This document shows positions 13,164 through 26,899 of a DNA stretch of 64,000 nucleotides, piece by piece. The notes beneath the pieces are model-generated. The model made no database searches, had not been told where the DNA came from, and was given only the letters and a program-made list of their open reading frames with translations. This stretch comes from Bugula neritina (taxonomy: Eukaryota; Animalia; Bryozoa), in the NCBI GenBank assembly GCA_964035545.1, contig OZ037765.1, positions 11,294,698 through 11,358,697 of the forward strand, given 5' to 3'. Position 1 is the first letter of the stretch. The number at the start of each line of letters is the position of its first letter. The position numbers and the translations under genes were made by a program.

Positions 13164-15622
13164 TTATGGTTATCTATAGTAGTAGGAAAAACAATGATGC
13201 CTATACACTTTTTATTGTATTCTATTTCAGTTAATTATGGTGTTTAGTGACTACAAATGTTGTTACTTGTAGCACATCAGAAAAATAATCTCAACAAGAA
13301 GCTCTTCGTATGATGTAAATTATTCTTTAAACAAAAAAATTCTTCAACTGTACTCTAATTTTTATCATCTTGTTATGCATACAAAAGTATATGTTGAATC
13401 CAACTTTGAAAATTTCATGATAGCCTTTTTCATTTCTATGCATATTAAAATGCTTAGAAACTGCACAGGAAAGTGAATTGGTTTCGTAAAAAATACATAT
13501 GTATTGGTGAACTGTCAATGTTTCATGCTATTTATTGACATGCATGTAACATTCTTCTATATTGTTTGCAGAGCAAGTCGATGAACATTATGAAGACAGC
13601 TTAAAGCGTGCACAGAAAACATTAACATATGTGCAAAACCTGAATGAAAAGGATATCTCAAATTACAAGGAAATCACAGCCAATCTGTATAGCTGCATAG
13701 GAAATGCTTACTTGGAGTTGGGGAACTACAAGAAAGCTTTAGTAAACCACAACAAAGATCTCGATATTGCTAATGAAAAGTAAGCTTAAAAGCTAGCAAT
13801 ATGTACGTATGTTCATATTTATTCCACCCAATCAATAGGTTGAGATGATTGAGAAAAGTAAAGATGAATTTTTGATACATTATGTTTGGTTTCCTGTTTT
13901 TTATATCACATGTTTTATAGAGTATTAGAACAGATATAAAACACAATGTGCTATTTTTGCTCATACAATGTGACTATATTCTTAGTGAACTTGCTGATGC
14001 AAAGTCCAGAGCTCTAGATAACCTTGGCAGAGTACATGCTCGGTCTGGAGAATTCGCCAAGGCAATTGAGGTACAGACTGCTATATTAGCAACCACTGAA
14101 TATGTATATAGTAATATTTACTGCAGCAGCTTGCAAATAATGAAGACATAAAATAGGTATATATGCCGTTTGTGGTTTATATTTATCTAACGGTTATTAT
14201 TAGTGGATGACAATAGGTCCCAAGAATTGATGAGGATAATGCAGGAGTATTATTGAGCAAGATGGTTGAATCATTTGGTTTCACTATATCAGGTATGGGA
14301 AGATAAGTTACCCATGTCTAAATCAGCTCTGGAGTCAACCTGGCTGTATCATGAAATTGGCCGGTGCTACCTAGAATCCGGGAGGTTTGAAGTAGCGAGA
14401 GGATATGGAGAGAAAGCGTTGGAAGCTGCATATGAGGCAGAGGATGAAGAATGGAAACTACATGCTGGTGTTCTAGTATCGCAGTCACTGGGTATTCTCT
14501 TTCTCCAACTGGTCCGATGAAATAATTAAATCTCTACTTCTAAATATTTTAATAAATAAATGCTTGAATTGACGGCTTACTTTATGTGTTATTTTTCAAG
14601 TTAATTTTATTAGGCTTGATTGTAGAAAAAGATTTTCAATATGAGCGCTCGCTATGAAATTTGTAGAGTCATACCTGTGTGTGTATATATAAGGATGGAG
14701 ATTGGGTTAAAAACATGCCACAGTATAAACATACATGCAACACTATTGCTCGTTACAGTAAAACTGAAAGACTATAAAGGTGCAGCAGATTCATTTGAGA
14801 AAACTCTCAATTTGGCTAAATCAATGGGAGATGAAATTGCAGAAAATGCCATTAAATCGGCCTTGAGTGATGTGAATAGAAAGATATCTCAGGTGACATA
14901 TTATTACACGTATTTTATAAACAGCATCTTGTCAGTCAGTAACAACATGGTTTTGTTTTTACTAACTCTTTCCTACTTGTTTAACATCTCTTGAGTCTAT
15001 TTTATTTATCTATAGATACTGTAGGTAACCAGTGGTATGCTTCACTGCAATTTAACTGTATTGTTTGTATATGTAAAGCAGTTACCTAAATAAAGTCGAG
15101 TAAAAACTGAAATTATAAATTTTGCTATAATGTTGATGGCGTAGTGAAAACTGAGTATTTCCTATTTAGAGCGACGATCAAGGCAAGGAGGTGGAGTCTG
15201 GTGAGCCGAAACCGGCAGAAACAGAAGCCGCTAAAGATGAGGAACCACAAGCCTCTCCAGCTGAGGAAAAACAACCTACACCTCCTCGTAAGTCTGAGAA
15301 CCATTTCTTACTAGTATCATTTCCACAACTAGATTTACATAAAGTCTTGCAATCTCTAATTAATTAGATTTTAGTCCCCCATTGAAATTAACAAAGATTG
15401 TTATTTCCAAATAAGAATTGAGCAAATGTTAATATATGATAAAATTATATAGGGTCAAAGCTAATTGCAAAAACATCTTTCTCTTCTGCCTAGAAATAGC
15501 ATGCTCCGTCTTTTATGTTCAACCTTTTCTATACAAACTATTCAGCAAACAATCAAGCGTACTCTATTTTATGACTTACAGCTCAAGAAGAGCCTGCTGA
15601 AGGGGAAGAAGGAACCAGTTGA
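9757..15622 (+). CDS. ODAD4: Outer dynein arm docking complex subunit 4 (TPR protein TTC25), about 12 coding exons, acidic C-terminal tail
   Basis: Starts MYGGDEGSDNGPKGTYEIYRAEGD. Contains 'KAEALYCKGEFELALVFYHRGNKLRPELQEFRLGIQKAREAIENSVG', 'VKQLLGELYGDKEFLEK', 'YLDTRTDFWRQQKPMYSR', 'SRALDNLGRVHAR' and 'ESTWLYHEIGRCYLE', all typical of TTC25. TGA at 15620-15622. Confidence 0.93.
13088..13162 (+). repeat. (CA)n microsatellite with CACACG interruptions
   Basis: Direct reading; explains the THTHAH ORF. Confidence 0.97.
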
Positions 15623-15694
15623 TTGTCATAATGGTTACTTGATAGTCTTCCAGCATAATATTTCTATACTCCACAGTGTTTAGAATATTTCATC

Positions 15695-15733
15695 AATAAA
15701 ATTTATTTATGTTTTCATGTATAATAATTTATT
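15695..15733. terminator. Interleaved poly(A) signals of convergent ODAD4 and PSMB3
   Basis: AATAAA (+) at 15695-15700; TTTATT (AATAAA on -) at 15702-15707 and 15728-15733; the two stop codons are only about 160 bp apart. Confidence 0.65.
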
Positions 15734-15783
15734 GCTATTATGATAGAATATATACAACAAAATTTTGCCTGGACTATAGTGCT

Positions 15784-18700
15784 TCAGTCTTGTCTAGTTC
15801 TCAAAGTCCTGGTGGTGACCTTATCCTTTTCACTGCAAAAAACAAGTGTTACTGGTGAATAATAAAACAATGGAATTATTATGTTTATTACAAGCCTTTA
15901 CAATAATGCAACATTTTATTTCAAATCCAAACAAACTTGTTAAACAGTAATTGCTTACATGATGTGAACAACTGCTCCCCAACCTGACACAGCATCCGTG
16001 TCTACCGCATTGAGCAGAGCTTGGCTAATAGTCTCAAATAAATCATCAGGTTCCTGCAAATACAAGATTTTCTTTCGCATCACTCAAGTGATCAGTTTTT
16101 ACAATGGCTTGTTTTAGACTAAAAATTATCACTTTATCATGTTTCTTTATTATTTATTATGGTGAGCATAGTAGTAAGTTAGTGATATTAGAGTGTAGTT
16201 GAGAAACATGACTAGAGCTGATGATCAAGAGTACAAAATAATGACCATATTTGTAAAAGATTCATGATAATGCTTAAAGAAAATGCTAAGATCAGCGAGC
16301 GATTGCCATACAATATTATATGCCATCTAGACAGTACAGAGTCTATTATAAAATTCAAGCAGGTTAGCAGCAGAAACAATATTCTAGTCAATAATATTGC
16401 GGTATTTTCAGCAAACCTGCCAACATATGGGGCTGCTGCAATTAAATATTAAAATTAAGCCGTTACGGAATTAGGATAGAGAGCTTTAATCATTAACCTC
16501 TTCCAACTTGAAGAAGATATACCACACATTAGAAACATGGTAGTCTCACCATATTAGGTCTATAGAGTGATTCGCACATGCCATACATCTGCTCTCCACA
16601 GGTGCCTCCCACAACAAAATCTTCAACCTCCATAGGGCAGCCAATGAGGTCCATGGAAGCAATATATGGCTTGCTGTTCTTTTCATTTAAGCCAACAATA
16701 ATTGGTTCGACAAAATAAGGGCCAAACCTACAGCAAAGTCAATGCTGACTACTAGCTGAGTAGTAATATGTCAACTTGTACAACACAGTTGATGTTTTTT
16801 TAAAAACAATATCCTATAAAATAATTATTAAAACTACAGAACTGATTTGTCATTGTCTACATAAATAATGTATATAAACAAATGCATATAATAAATATAT
16901 GTAATAAAGTATTATTAAAAACATGAACAATATGCTATTGAAATAGAAATTTTTGTTAGTTGGAATAGAGAATTGAAATTACTAGTAACTCTCTTTAACT
17001 ATCATAGTGTAATTTGAAATCATTACCACAATATTTCTGTCACCATTGAGCTACTCAAATAACACAGCAGATGAAAATAGCCACTTAAATTAGAATTTCA
17101 TAAATAAAAAATATAGAAAGTAATTTATTGCCTACCTTCGTTCATATAGCAGATTTGAAACCATACTCATGAAGGTGCGTGGTTTGATTCGTCTATTTTC
17201 TCTAAGTTCATAAAGGTTCAACCGAAACTTTAATCGTTGAGATCTGAGAAAATATATTTAGTAGTTTATCAAATACAATATGAATCCGATGATAAAGCGA
17301 ATAGAATAAATTTATGACGTATCTCTAGCTAGCAGTAGATTCCAAAAATTCAAATTTAGTTCCAAAATAACAATTACAACTCATGTTATGCTTGTTTGCA
17401 AATTTAACCAAATTCAACATGACTAGATCCATGAGAAATTCATGAAAACTCACACTGTCTGAACATCAGTAGCTAAACCAGGTAAGCCAAGATATAGATG
17501 TGGTCCCATTTCGAAAACCTTTTGAAAATCAGTGCCAACAGTTTGAGCCTGAATACCAAATCTAGTATCTGCAGCAATAGCTACACAATCTTTGCCAGCC
17601 ATTCCAATAACAGCGGCACCGTTATATGACATAATACTCTGCAATAGAAAATGAAAAAATCATGAATTTACAATTTGTTTTCAAACTTCAACTAGGACAT
17701 AAATTATAAATAATTGACCATTATTACAACTGGCTGGATTCGTCTTTAGTTTTAACATACTATATACAGACTAGCTTTTCTCACAAAATTACCTTGCAAG
17801 ATGTCTAAATACATTGTCCCAAAAACAAAAAATAATGGAGGGTCTAAATAAAAGGCATGGTTCCACAAGAGAAATGTTTAACAAAATGCGACTATAGCCT
17901 ATCTATCACTGCACTATTCATCACAACTTTGTTGAGGGAATGCAAATCCAATGGTTCCAGAGCTTAAAAAATTATTTAGTGAAACTTTATACACTGTGTT
18001 GGAGCAAATAGTACACGGATTCCAGCAGAGAAATTTTAAATTGCACAAGAATTTTACAGATCAAAAGCTGAGAACAATTCTTCAGGGTACATGATTATTG
18101 AAATGAGCAGTCACATCAAAGCTCCTACATTATTTTTATATATATTAGCAATTTATCCATTAGTGTTGATGTGCAAGTAACACTATTCAAAGATAGATTA
18201 CAGCTAAGTATCTTCAACAGTGAGGAATGAGAAAGGTGCAACATTTTTCAGATCGACCTAAAATTTAAATGCTATATAGAATTTTCAATTGACTGCAAAA
18301 TGCCCCAAAATGAGTAGAAATGCTAACAGCTCAATGTTTTTAAAAGCCAATCCTATTAATCAAAATATAAACTAGAAGACAACCAGCCTAAATAGGAGAA
18401 ACAATCAAATACTAGAAAGTCGGAATACTAGCTGAGCTTGAATAGTTCTGAGGAAAAAAATCAACAAGTTAGTTAACAAGTCAGTAAGACATATTTATTA
18501 GTCAAACTGACTCCCAATGCTATCAACCTACATAAAGTTGTCACTTAAACTATCCCGATTGTGTTCGAGATCCTGTCTAGAAGCACCATGTTAAATATTT
18601 TTAAAAACAAAACAGGACAGTCTGCTACAGTAGTATTCCAAGAAAAAGTGGAACACGAACCAAAACTCCAATAATTAATGTGATCCTTAGAAATGAAGAG

Positions 18701-20210
18701 CAACACAAGCAGTATGACATGTCTTTAACTTCTAATTTAATAACAAATAAGAAAACACATGACTAGGATAACTAGACTTGTAGCAAGAGATGAACATGTG
18801 TGGCTGCCTCCACTCTCGTTGACATATATGCTTTTGACAGCTTCCTATTGCATACTGTTTATGAAATAAACAATACAAGCAACTAAATTTAGTAGGACAA
18901 TTCAAGTTTACAGGGGTAGAGCTTAATTAAAATCCCACTGCTTTTATTATTATTATTATTATGTACCACTATGAAGGTAAAGGCAAATAAGTATTTCCAT
19001 AAAAATGGAAAGTTTATGTACTACAGTAAATTCAAATTATAATGAAAAAATAAAAATTTGATTACAAAATAGAAACACTCATGCCAGACAGCGTCAGATG
19101 TAAGATTTAGATTAACCTTTGCTCTTTGAATGCAGTTATTAAGCCATAACTATAAGGATAATCATTATGAGTTTATTAAATTTAAGTTATCACAATGAAG
19201 GGCATAACATCAGCATTTACTTTTAGTTCAAATCAATCTGAATGAGAATTCAATTTTAGTTATTTACTGATTTAATCAGTCTACCATTCACTGATTTAGT
19301 AAATCGTCATCCAAAATTACTTATATTAATAGTGATTTACTTTTAGTTTTAGTATTCAATGCTATCACAATGATTAGCTTATGCCTTATACTTATATCAC
19401 TGTCACATATCAATATCAAAGATTACAATATGAATATGAGTTATACTTATAGTTAAAGTAAGTCGTAATCGGTAACGTCATACTGAGTATTACATTTAAT
19501 TTAATTATTAGTATTAATATTCCAGTCTCTATTAGTATTAGGCTAGTATTACATATTGATATTAGTTATTGCTATTAGAATTAGTATTATTATTAGCAAT
19601 AGCTATGCTGACATTCCAGCCATGGTAAATTACTAAATATTAATATCATAATGATAATCATTGCTATTCAGTAAGTGCAAGTGTAACACACACAAAGTCA
19701 ATGAGTTAATCATAATTAATGATAAATAACTTAATAGCTATTCATATTGATATTCAATATTGAATATTGATATATTATTGTAACACTTATACTTATAGTT
19801 ATACTAATTCTAATACTAATAGTAACTAATAGTAATAATAATTATAATAGTATTACTATAACTATTACTATTAGTAAGTGTATTGGTTAAGAATTAGAAT
19901 AACTATAAGTGTAAAGTTAAACCACATATTCATAACATTTGCTTTCAGTATCACTATCGCTATGACTATCAGATTCACTTTCACTTTCAGTATGTAATTG
20001 TACGTTCCTGACCATCACTATGACTATAAGTATAAGCACCACTAGCTTAACAAATCTATAACTAATGCAATGTTTAAATTTAGAAGAAAAAAAAACTCGA
20101 ATTTGAAAATGAAAGTCAAAATTAACTTCTTGGTTATACTTATACTTAGTCTTATAGTTAATGTTATACTTATACTAATACTTATTCAAAAATTCAATTT
20201 TACTCACCAT
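15784..20210 (-). CDS. PSMB3: 20S proteasome subunit beta type-3
   Basis: The ATG alone ends exon 1 (20210-20208, followed by GTGAGT), then a 2.57-kb intron. Exon 2 from 17638 reads '[24 protein letters not shown]...GLATDVQTV'; later exons give 'RFGPYFVEP' and '[24 protein letters not shown]'; ends 'RTLRTRQD*' at 15786-15784. Confidence 0.96.
17800..18350 (+). mobile_element. Highly decayed LINE RT remnant in PSMB3 intron 1
   Basis: Ordered remnants resembling DYRPISL (gactatagcctatctatcactg), HGF (cacggattc), QG (cttcagggtac), PTLFLYI (cctacattatttttatat) and TLF-D; no intact frame. Confidence 0.4.
19330..20200. repeat. 6-bp-periodic degenerate tract, PSMB3 intron 1
   Basis: e.g. ACTTAT ACTTAG TCTTAT AGTTAA TGTTAT ACTTAT ACTAAT ACTTAT immediately after the exon 1 donor. 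Confidence 0.8.
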
Positions 20211-21276
20211 GATGACGGCTTTTGAAGATTTCAAAAAAGAGCGTATTATTATTATGGGAATTGCTGAATTTCTTAGTGAAACCTTTTATAAGGTAGCACT
20301 TGAATTTAATGAAGTTTTCTAACACCACTCGGATTCTTCCAACTTGGCTAGCTTTAGACAAAACTTTCAACCATAGCAGATAGCTGGTGAATCTGCAAAT
20401 TTGACTTTTTTCTTCAATGCGATAACCGGTTTTTCTTGTCTTTTAGCGCAAAGCGTTACCACATTGAGGGAGATAACTCGAATACTGCTACTCACGCATT
20501 GACGAACCTGACATGCAACAGCTAATATAAATATTACATTATTTCTGTAGTACTCAAATTTATTTATCCGGTTTGCAAACATTACAATGTGTGCAGATAT
20601 TCAATACTGAGCATTTTATTTTAACTTGCATATTGACCTGCTATCAGTAGCGTTTTGCTAATTTTTACTGTTTCGAGGAATGTAATACTTGAATAGATTA
20701 CAAAATGGGAGCTGTAATTTAAGAGTGTTCCATATAATTATATATATTTTAGTAACAGTAAAATGAGAAGAGCTTGTCTTGAAAAGAATAATACTATGCC
20801 TAATAAACTATAATTTTCTTTAAGTATATTGCAAATTTATGAAAATTTTGAAAATATAGTAAAAATACAAGCATGAGTTGCCACCAGGGCTTCTAATTCT
20901 ACAAAACATGCTTCACTTATTTACTAATTACAGTAAAACAAAAAAAAAAACAATTGTACAGTTGATAAGAAAAACATTTTATAATATCAAAAACAAAACA
21001 AAGCGCCAGTTGACTGACCAGCAGTTACAGGTACTTATGTTTTAAAAAATAATCAGTAAACACTTTTTGGACTTCAACTCAATCAAAATGATATATTTAC
21101 AATTATATATTGAGCATCTCAACAATATCGAACTGTTGGTTTGCTGGCAACAAGCCACATGGTGTGGTTTTATTGGAAGAAAGTAGCACCACAATGACTG
21201 CTCTAAGCTAAACGACAATTTCTAGTGACAAAACTTGTACATCAACCTAACAGCGCAGAAATGAATTTTTTATCGC

Positions 21277-24200
21277 CTACTCAACACTCAACTTTTGAAA
21301 ACTGTCCGTGTTGCTCATGTCTACGCCAGAACTACGTTTGTCACTGAGTGACCCGACTTCTTGTTTATTGCACCGGGGTTTCCATTTTAACATATAAATG
21401 CTGTGATCTCGAAGACTGGCAGCAAAGAACACACCTTTGTCATTGACACCGTCAAATCCATCGAACCAGTCACGCTCTCCCAGAGTAAATGTTGATCCTC
21501 TTTTAGTTGGTCTGCGGACAGCAATGCGAAAAGTTAAATAGGTTTAGGAAACAGAAACTTACAAATTTATGCAGTTAAAGCACAGTACAGAATTAGCGTT
21601 TACCCTGAAATGTTTGATAACTTTAATATAAAATTCGTGGCAACTGTATGCAGTGCTAGCACCACTGGAGCATAGCTATGTGTATATGGTAATAGAACAA
21701 CCAAGCACAACCGATAATCATAGTCAGGCAGATGGAATTTCTTACATTTTAAGTAATATAATACCTGCAATCTGGTAGTTTTATTGAACAAAGCCTTTTA
21801 GAGTTGTGATTTACAATATCAATCTTATAATGGTCAACTGGGGCGTCAGAGAGAAACATGCGGAACTGATCGCCAATTCCCAGCATAGCCTGGATACCAG
21901 CTTTAGGATACAATACTGGCTGCACATCAGACGCTGAACTTTCTACAATAAATTTAAGTTTTTTTCATTGTTTTAAATTATATTTCACTTAGATTTCAAC
22001 TTTTTGACTCCTGTATATATTTTACCTTCTAACATAAATGTAGATACAAGTGAATTATAAGTAAGATCTCACCAATGAGGCTGTTCTTTTGAATGGAGAA
22101 GATGCTGTGCTGTATGTCTGACACACAGCAGTAGAGATCCTGACCATGTTTCAGCAGTGTTGGCACAAAGCAGCTGTGAGCAGCCGGCCACCCTTTGAAG
22201 TCGCTCACCTATGAGATACGCAGAGCAAACAGTAGCCAGCAGACAGCAAATAGAAAAAACTGATTAATTATTATAAAATCAGAAATAAAACCAGTAAACA
22301 GATCAGACTGAAAATATTATTCACTCATGAAACTTAGCAACTTAAAACTTTGAGTTCATTAATCTTATTCACCAACGCATTATATGATATCTGTATATTG
22401 TATAGTTTGTAATATCTAGAAGCTTTTAGTTTACTGCTCCACTATTTTTATCTGCTTATTTGTTAATTTTCATATCTACTCAACATGTGCATAAGTATGA
22501 TGAATCTTTTCACGAAATATGTCTTTTGCAATTTTGCATTACCACATGCTTATGGAAATAATTCACTTAGCTGTAGCATGCAGGCAATTTAGCCTTATTA
22601 AAATGAGTAACATTTTACCTTATGATGGCCAGCAATATTCCAGACGTAGATGTATGAGAAATCAATGCAGACAATAGAGAATTGTTTACTGTTCATATCT
22701 CTCCGGTGTATAAGAACCTTAGTTATCCATCCAGCATTGTATGTGTTGAGAGAATGTAGCAGAAGAGCCTCAGAAAACATCCAGATCTTGATTGTATAAT
22801 CAATACCACCTAAGGAAATATAACATGCTTGTTTTATATGACCAGATACTGTACATAGAGCTGCACAATATTTGGGTTAAATATTGTACAATTATTCATT
22901 AAAAGATGCCGAGATTCAACAACAAAACCTCAAATGTAACTTTTTGGTTGAAGACCATAAATCACCATTATATTAGTTACACTATAATAGCATGAAAATG
23001 GCTCAAATTTTAGCCAAAATAAAACAAAATTAACAAAGAAAAAAAACTGCATTTGCCGCAACTCAATAATTAAACTACTTATTTTAACATTTACAGCTGT
23101 TTGGTATGCAGAGGCAGTTGACTATGCAGAATGGATTGACCTCTGGTAAACCCTTCCCCAGGATGCAGTGATATAGCACTGTGTGAATTACTATGATGTA
23201 ATTATTCATATGATGGTGTAGAGCGTTATGACTGGGCAGTGTTATAACTATGCAGACTAAAGGAGGTACAATGGTAGAGACATGTAGAGACAACTACACT
23301 GACCAGATGAAATAACACCATACACTAGCATACTAATACTACAAACACTACCAACACCAGTATGTATACCTGTCACCAGAATGTCCACATCCTCATTGAA
23401 GTCCACTGTGAAGACAGCACCGACATGCCCTCTGTAATGCCGCATCCTCACACCAGTAGCCAGATCCCAGCAGGCAGCTGTGTTGTCAAAGGAAGCTGTC
23501 ACCAGCTGCTTGCTGTCAAACTTGACATCGGCTACAGTGTGTGTGTTGTAAATCTTGAGACATTGACCCGTTTCACAATCCCAGAGACGAACAGTTCGGT
23601 CATCAGAACCTGTGCATGGAGAGATCTCCATTAACATTTGATACTTTATAGTATCTTTTTTAGCATTTGAAAGAATAAACATTTTACATTTACCACAGCC
23701 AACAATAATGGTTTCACAATCCATAAAGAATGCAACAAATAAAATAACTACTTTAAATACAGTAAAACAAAAACACCAAAATCATGAATTTTAGAAATTT
23801 TATATTAAAAGTATCATTGAAGATTGATTGAAGCACTGGAATGGTAGAGTGGGAGAATAAACTATGAGTATGAGACATACCTGTGGCCAGGAGACCATTG
23901 TGATAATATATGGCCATCACTCGGTCAGTGTGTCCGTGAAGATACTCAGCAGTGAATGCTGTTCCATTGTCTAAGTTTATTTGTCTAGCGTAAACAGTAG
24001 TGAACAGCTTTTTATATTCTTTTGCAGAGGTTACACCATCTGTTATTTTCACACCTAAAAGTGCACAAGAATGGTTGTTAGGGACTTTTTATAGAATTAC
24101 AATACATTTTTGTACAAAAAAAGGTACAAATAACAACAAAAACCTCACTAATAACTACAAACTGAAAATAAATCAAACGTAATCCATAATAAATGCTCAC

Positions 24201-25111
24201 TGCGCTGCGCTAATACAAAAATGAGTATTAGTGCTCCTCACCTATTTTCTCGCAAGACCTTTTCCAGCAATCTACACAGCTGTTGACAGTCTTATTCCAG
24301 TATCTGCTAACCTGGCAGCAGGCAAGTAAGGATTTTGGATCCAAAAACTTCAACAAATAAAAACTCATTTCTGGAGGCAAAAGTTTTAGAAAATCTCTTT
24401 TCAGAAGACAGTTGAGCTTCTCTGAAAGATGGTATAGTTGCTTGGCTCCACTGTTTTGTATGAGATAATCCAGTGTCCTTTATTTATAAAATTGCATTAG
24501 GGAATCTTTTCAAATTAACGTATATTCACACATGATCATTACAAGAGAAATTAGATACCTAAATATGCAATCAAGGGCGAACACACAAATTGCCTTTGCT
24601 ACATTGAGATTTTAAAATGTCTTGCAATTCTATCGTTATAATATTATAAGGAGAAGAGACAGGGTGGTTGAAATTCACAAATTTCTACTCATGCCATTAT
24701 CTGACCGATTTCTTCAATTCATGCATACAATTTGAAAACAGATGCAGCAACAAAAATGGCTCTAATAGTTTGTTTTCTAGCGAGATACCCTTGCTGAAGA
24801 GCTTTAGTTTTGAAATAGTGCTTTTCGTATACAATGAAACTCTAATCTGAAAGGGCTTAAGCTATTGAAAATTAAATCACACTGTGGCAATTTGTAAAAT
24901 TTTTGAATTCAACAACAGTTAATCAAAACAAACCTTGAAAATGAAGCCTATATAACAATGCACAGGATAAATAAACTAAAAGCACTAACCTGTTTTTATT
25001 GTCATCACTTAGTTCAATAAAATGTTTACCCACAGTTTTTAACCAATCATCAACATCACTGACTTTGTTAAAAGATAGGCCATCATCATTCCTCATCAGG
25101 TTATCAGCCAT
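21277..25111 (-). CDS. FBXW2: F-box/WD40 repeat protein 2
   Basis: F-box '[38 protein letters not shown]'; WD40 '[29 protein letters not shown]...[10 protein letters not shown]...[12 protein letters not shown]...[20 protein letters not shown]'; C-terminal '[37 protein letters not shown]' matches FBXW2 as I recall it. About 8 coding exons. Confidence 0.9.
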
Positions 25112-25410
25112 TTAGATATCTAAATAGAAAAACATCCAAAGTATGACCATAGCAACAAATTAAACACAAAAATAAAAATATCGAATGCAACCCCAGATGA
25201 CTGAGGTAGATAAATTAAGAAATTGGGCAAATTCTGTGATTCAGATAGAAAATATACCAAATGAAGTTGTGTTCTCAAAAGAACATCAATAATATCATAT
25301 ATTAATACTCATATTTATATTATTATTAATATCTATTATTCATAATGACAATCATAAATATAAATGATTTAATATTAATCGTATTGATATTTGAGATTTT
25401 TATAGTTTAA

Positions 25411-26008
25411 AGAATCCTTGACACACTTCGCTAATACAGTATTAAAATATTCTTATATATTTTAGTTTTCATATACATACTGTTTTAAGGTTGTATGCCT
25501 AAACAATTTTGTTTTATAATGAATTTTGCACGAGTATATGCTGAAATGATTTGGGATTTCTGATGGCTTGTGGTTGACGTTTCAATCGGCTTTGACTCTA
25601 CCAGTACTTTAAAACTTATACTAATTATAGCTAATTTTCATTGCATGCTATTTCAACTGCTGCCCTGCACAGCTCAATCATTGAGATGGCTTGCAAGTTT
25701 AAACTTTGAACTGTCAAGGCATATCAGTGATTAGGCTGTGCAGTGCAGCAGCTAAAAATAGCATGCAATGAAAGTTAGCTATAATTAGTATGAGTTTTAA
25801 AGTACCTGTAGAGTCAAAGCTGATCGAAGTCAACCACAAGCGATCAGAAATCCCAAATCATTTCAGCACATACTCGTACAAAATTCATTATAAAACAAAA
25901 TTGTTTAGGCATACAACCTTAAAGTTAAAACAGCATGTATATGAAAACTAAAATATATAAGAATCTTTTAATACTGCATTACTATAAGTGAAGTATGTCA
26001 GGGGTTCT
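25411..26008. mobile_element. Foldback MITE of ~600 bp with ~285-bp inverted arms and TTAA TSD (Kolobok-like AG...CT termini)
   Basis: TTAA|AGAATCCTTGACA ... TGTCAGGGGTTCT|TTAA; the arms match through nearly the whole element, e.g. AAGGTTGTATGCCTAAACAATTTTGTTTTATAATGAATTTTG and its reverse complement. Confidence 0.88.
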
Positions 26009-26589
26009 TTAATTTATTCATATATGATAAAATGATATTAATAGTTAAAATTGCAGTTGATATCACTATCAGATATGGCAAGGGTGGTAGGTGGAGGGAG
26101 GAGAGAAATCGACTTGGGCCAACTTAAGCCCTTCAGTATGAGTATGAAAATTTTAATTTGAAATTGATAAAATCGATTTGATTTAGATTACTGATTAGGC
26201 TTTGAAAATTAATTTCCCTATGAGTATCAGTATGAGTATGAGTATGAGTCAATACTTGATAGTAATACTAATAGTAATATTAATAGTTGATGCGATTTTC
26301 ATTTTGACCCAGTTGTGCCTCTGTCGCAAAATTGAAGCTAAAGCCATTGCAAGGTGTGTTTAGGTCACTCAACTAAAGTTTAAGTTATATTTCAAAATCA
26401 ATGGTTTACTTTTAGTTTTAGTTTTAGATTCTAATATTCTTGCAAGTGATCATGGATAGGCAAATGTTATAGTCCGAGTCAACAGACAATTAGGTGCTCT
26501 GCCTTGGATTGAACAGATTTATATGTTATATATTTATAGTGCAGAACACAATAAAAAGCAATAAATTAAAAATAATTGTACATTTACTC

Positions 26590-26890
26590 GCTGAAACTGC
26601 TTAAATTCCCGTACTCTTTCATTTCAGTTAGCTTTTTATTAGTATTCATCTGCTACTAGGCACAGGTGTCTTTATTACCCTGTAGCAATAAATGCATTGT
26701 ATGAATATAGAACCTAGGCTACTACGTGGCCAATCTTGAAATGAGCAAAATTGTTATCAATGAAAATCAAAATGAGATTATGATTGATTATCAAAATGTC
26801 AAAATGAAATTATAAAAGTATAATAATATTAATAATGTGCCATTACGTGATGGTGATTGGATAAAGGTGTTTATTTTTTAGAATTATTAG
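26590..26890. promoter_or_regulatory. Probable bidirectional promoter of head-to-head FBXW2 and DRG2
   Basis: Both start codons sit just after splice acceptors, implying non-coding first exons. The central segment has TACGTGGCCAAT (~26722) and TACGTGA...GATTGG (~26844-26860) and is flanked on both sides by periodic tracts. Confidence 0.55.
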
Positions 26891-26899
26891 TAAATTTTC

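Noticed and set aside
14492-14758. ODAD4 intron starting GTATTCTCTTT as a second U12 intron
   Set aside because: Poor match to GTATCCTT and no CCTTAAY branch site near the acceptor.
26725-26734. ERSE-II-like CGTGGCCAAT
   Set aside because: Lacks the single-base spacer of ATTGG-N-CCACG, and the flanking genes are not known UPR targets.
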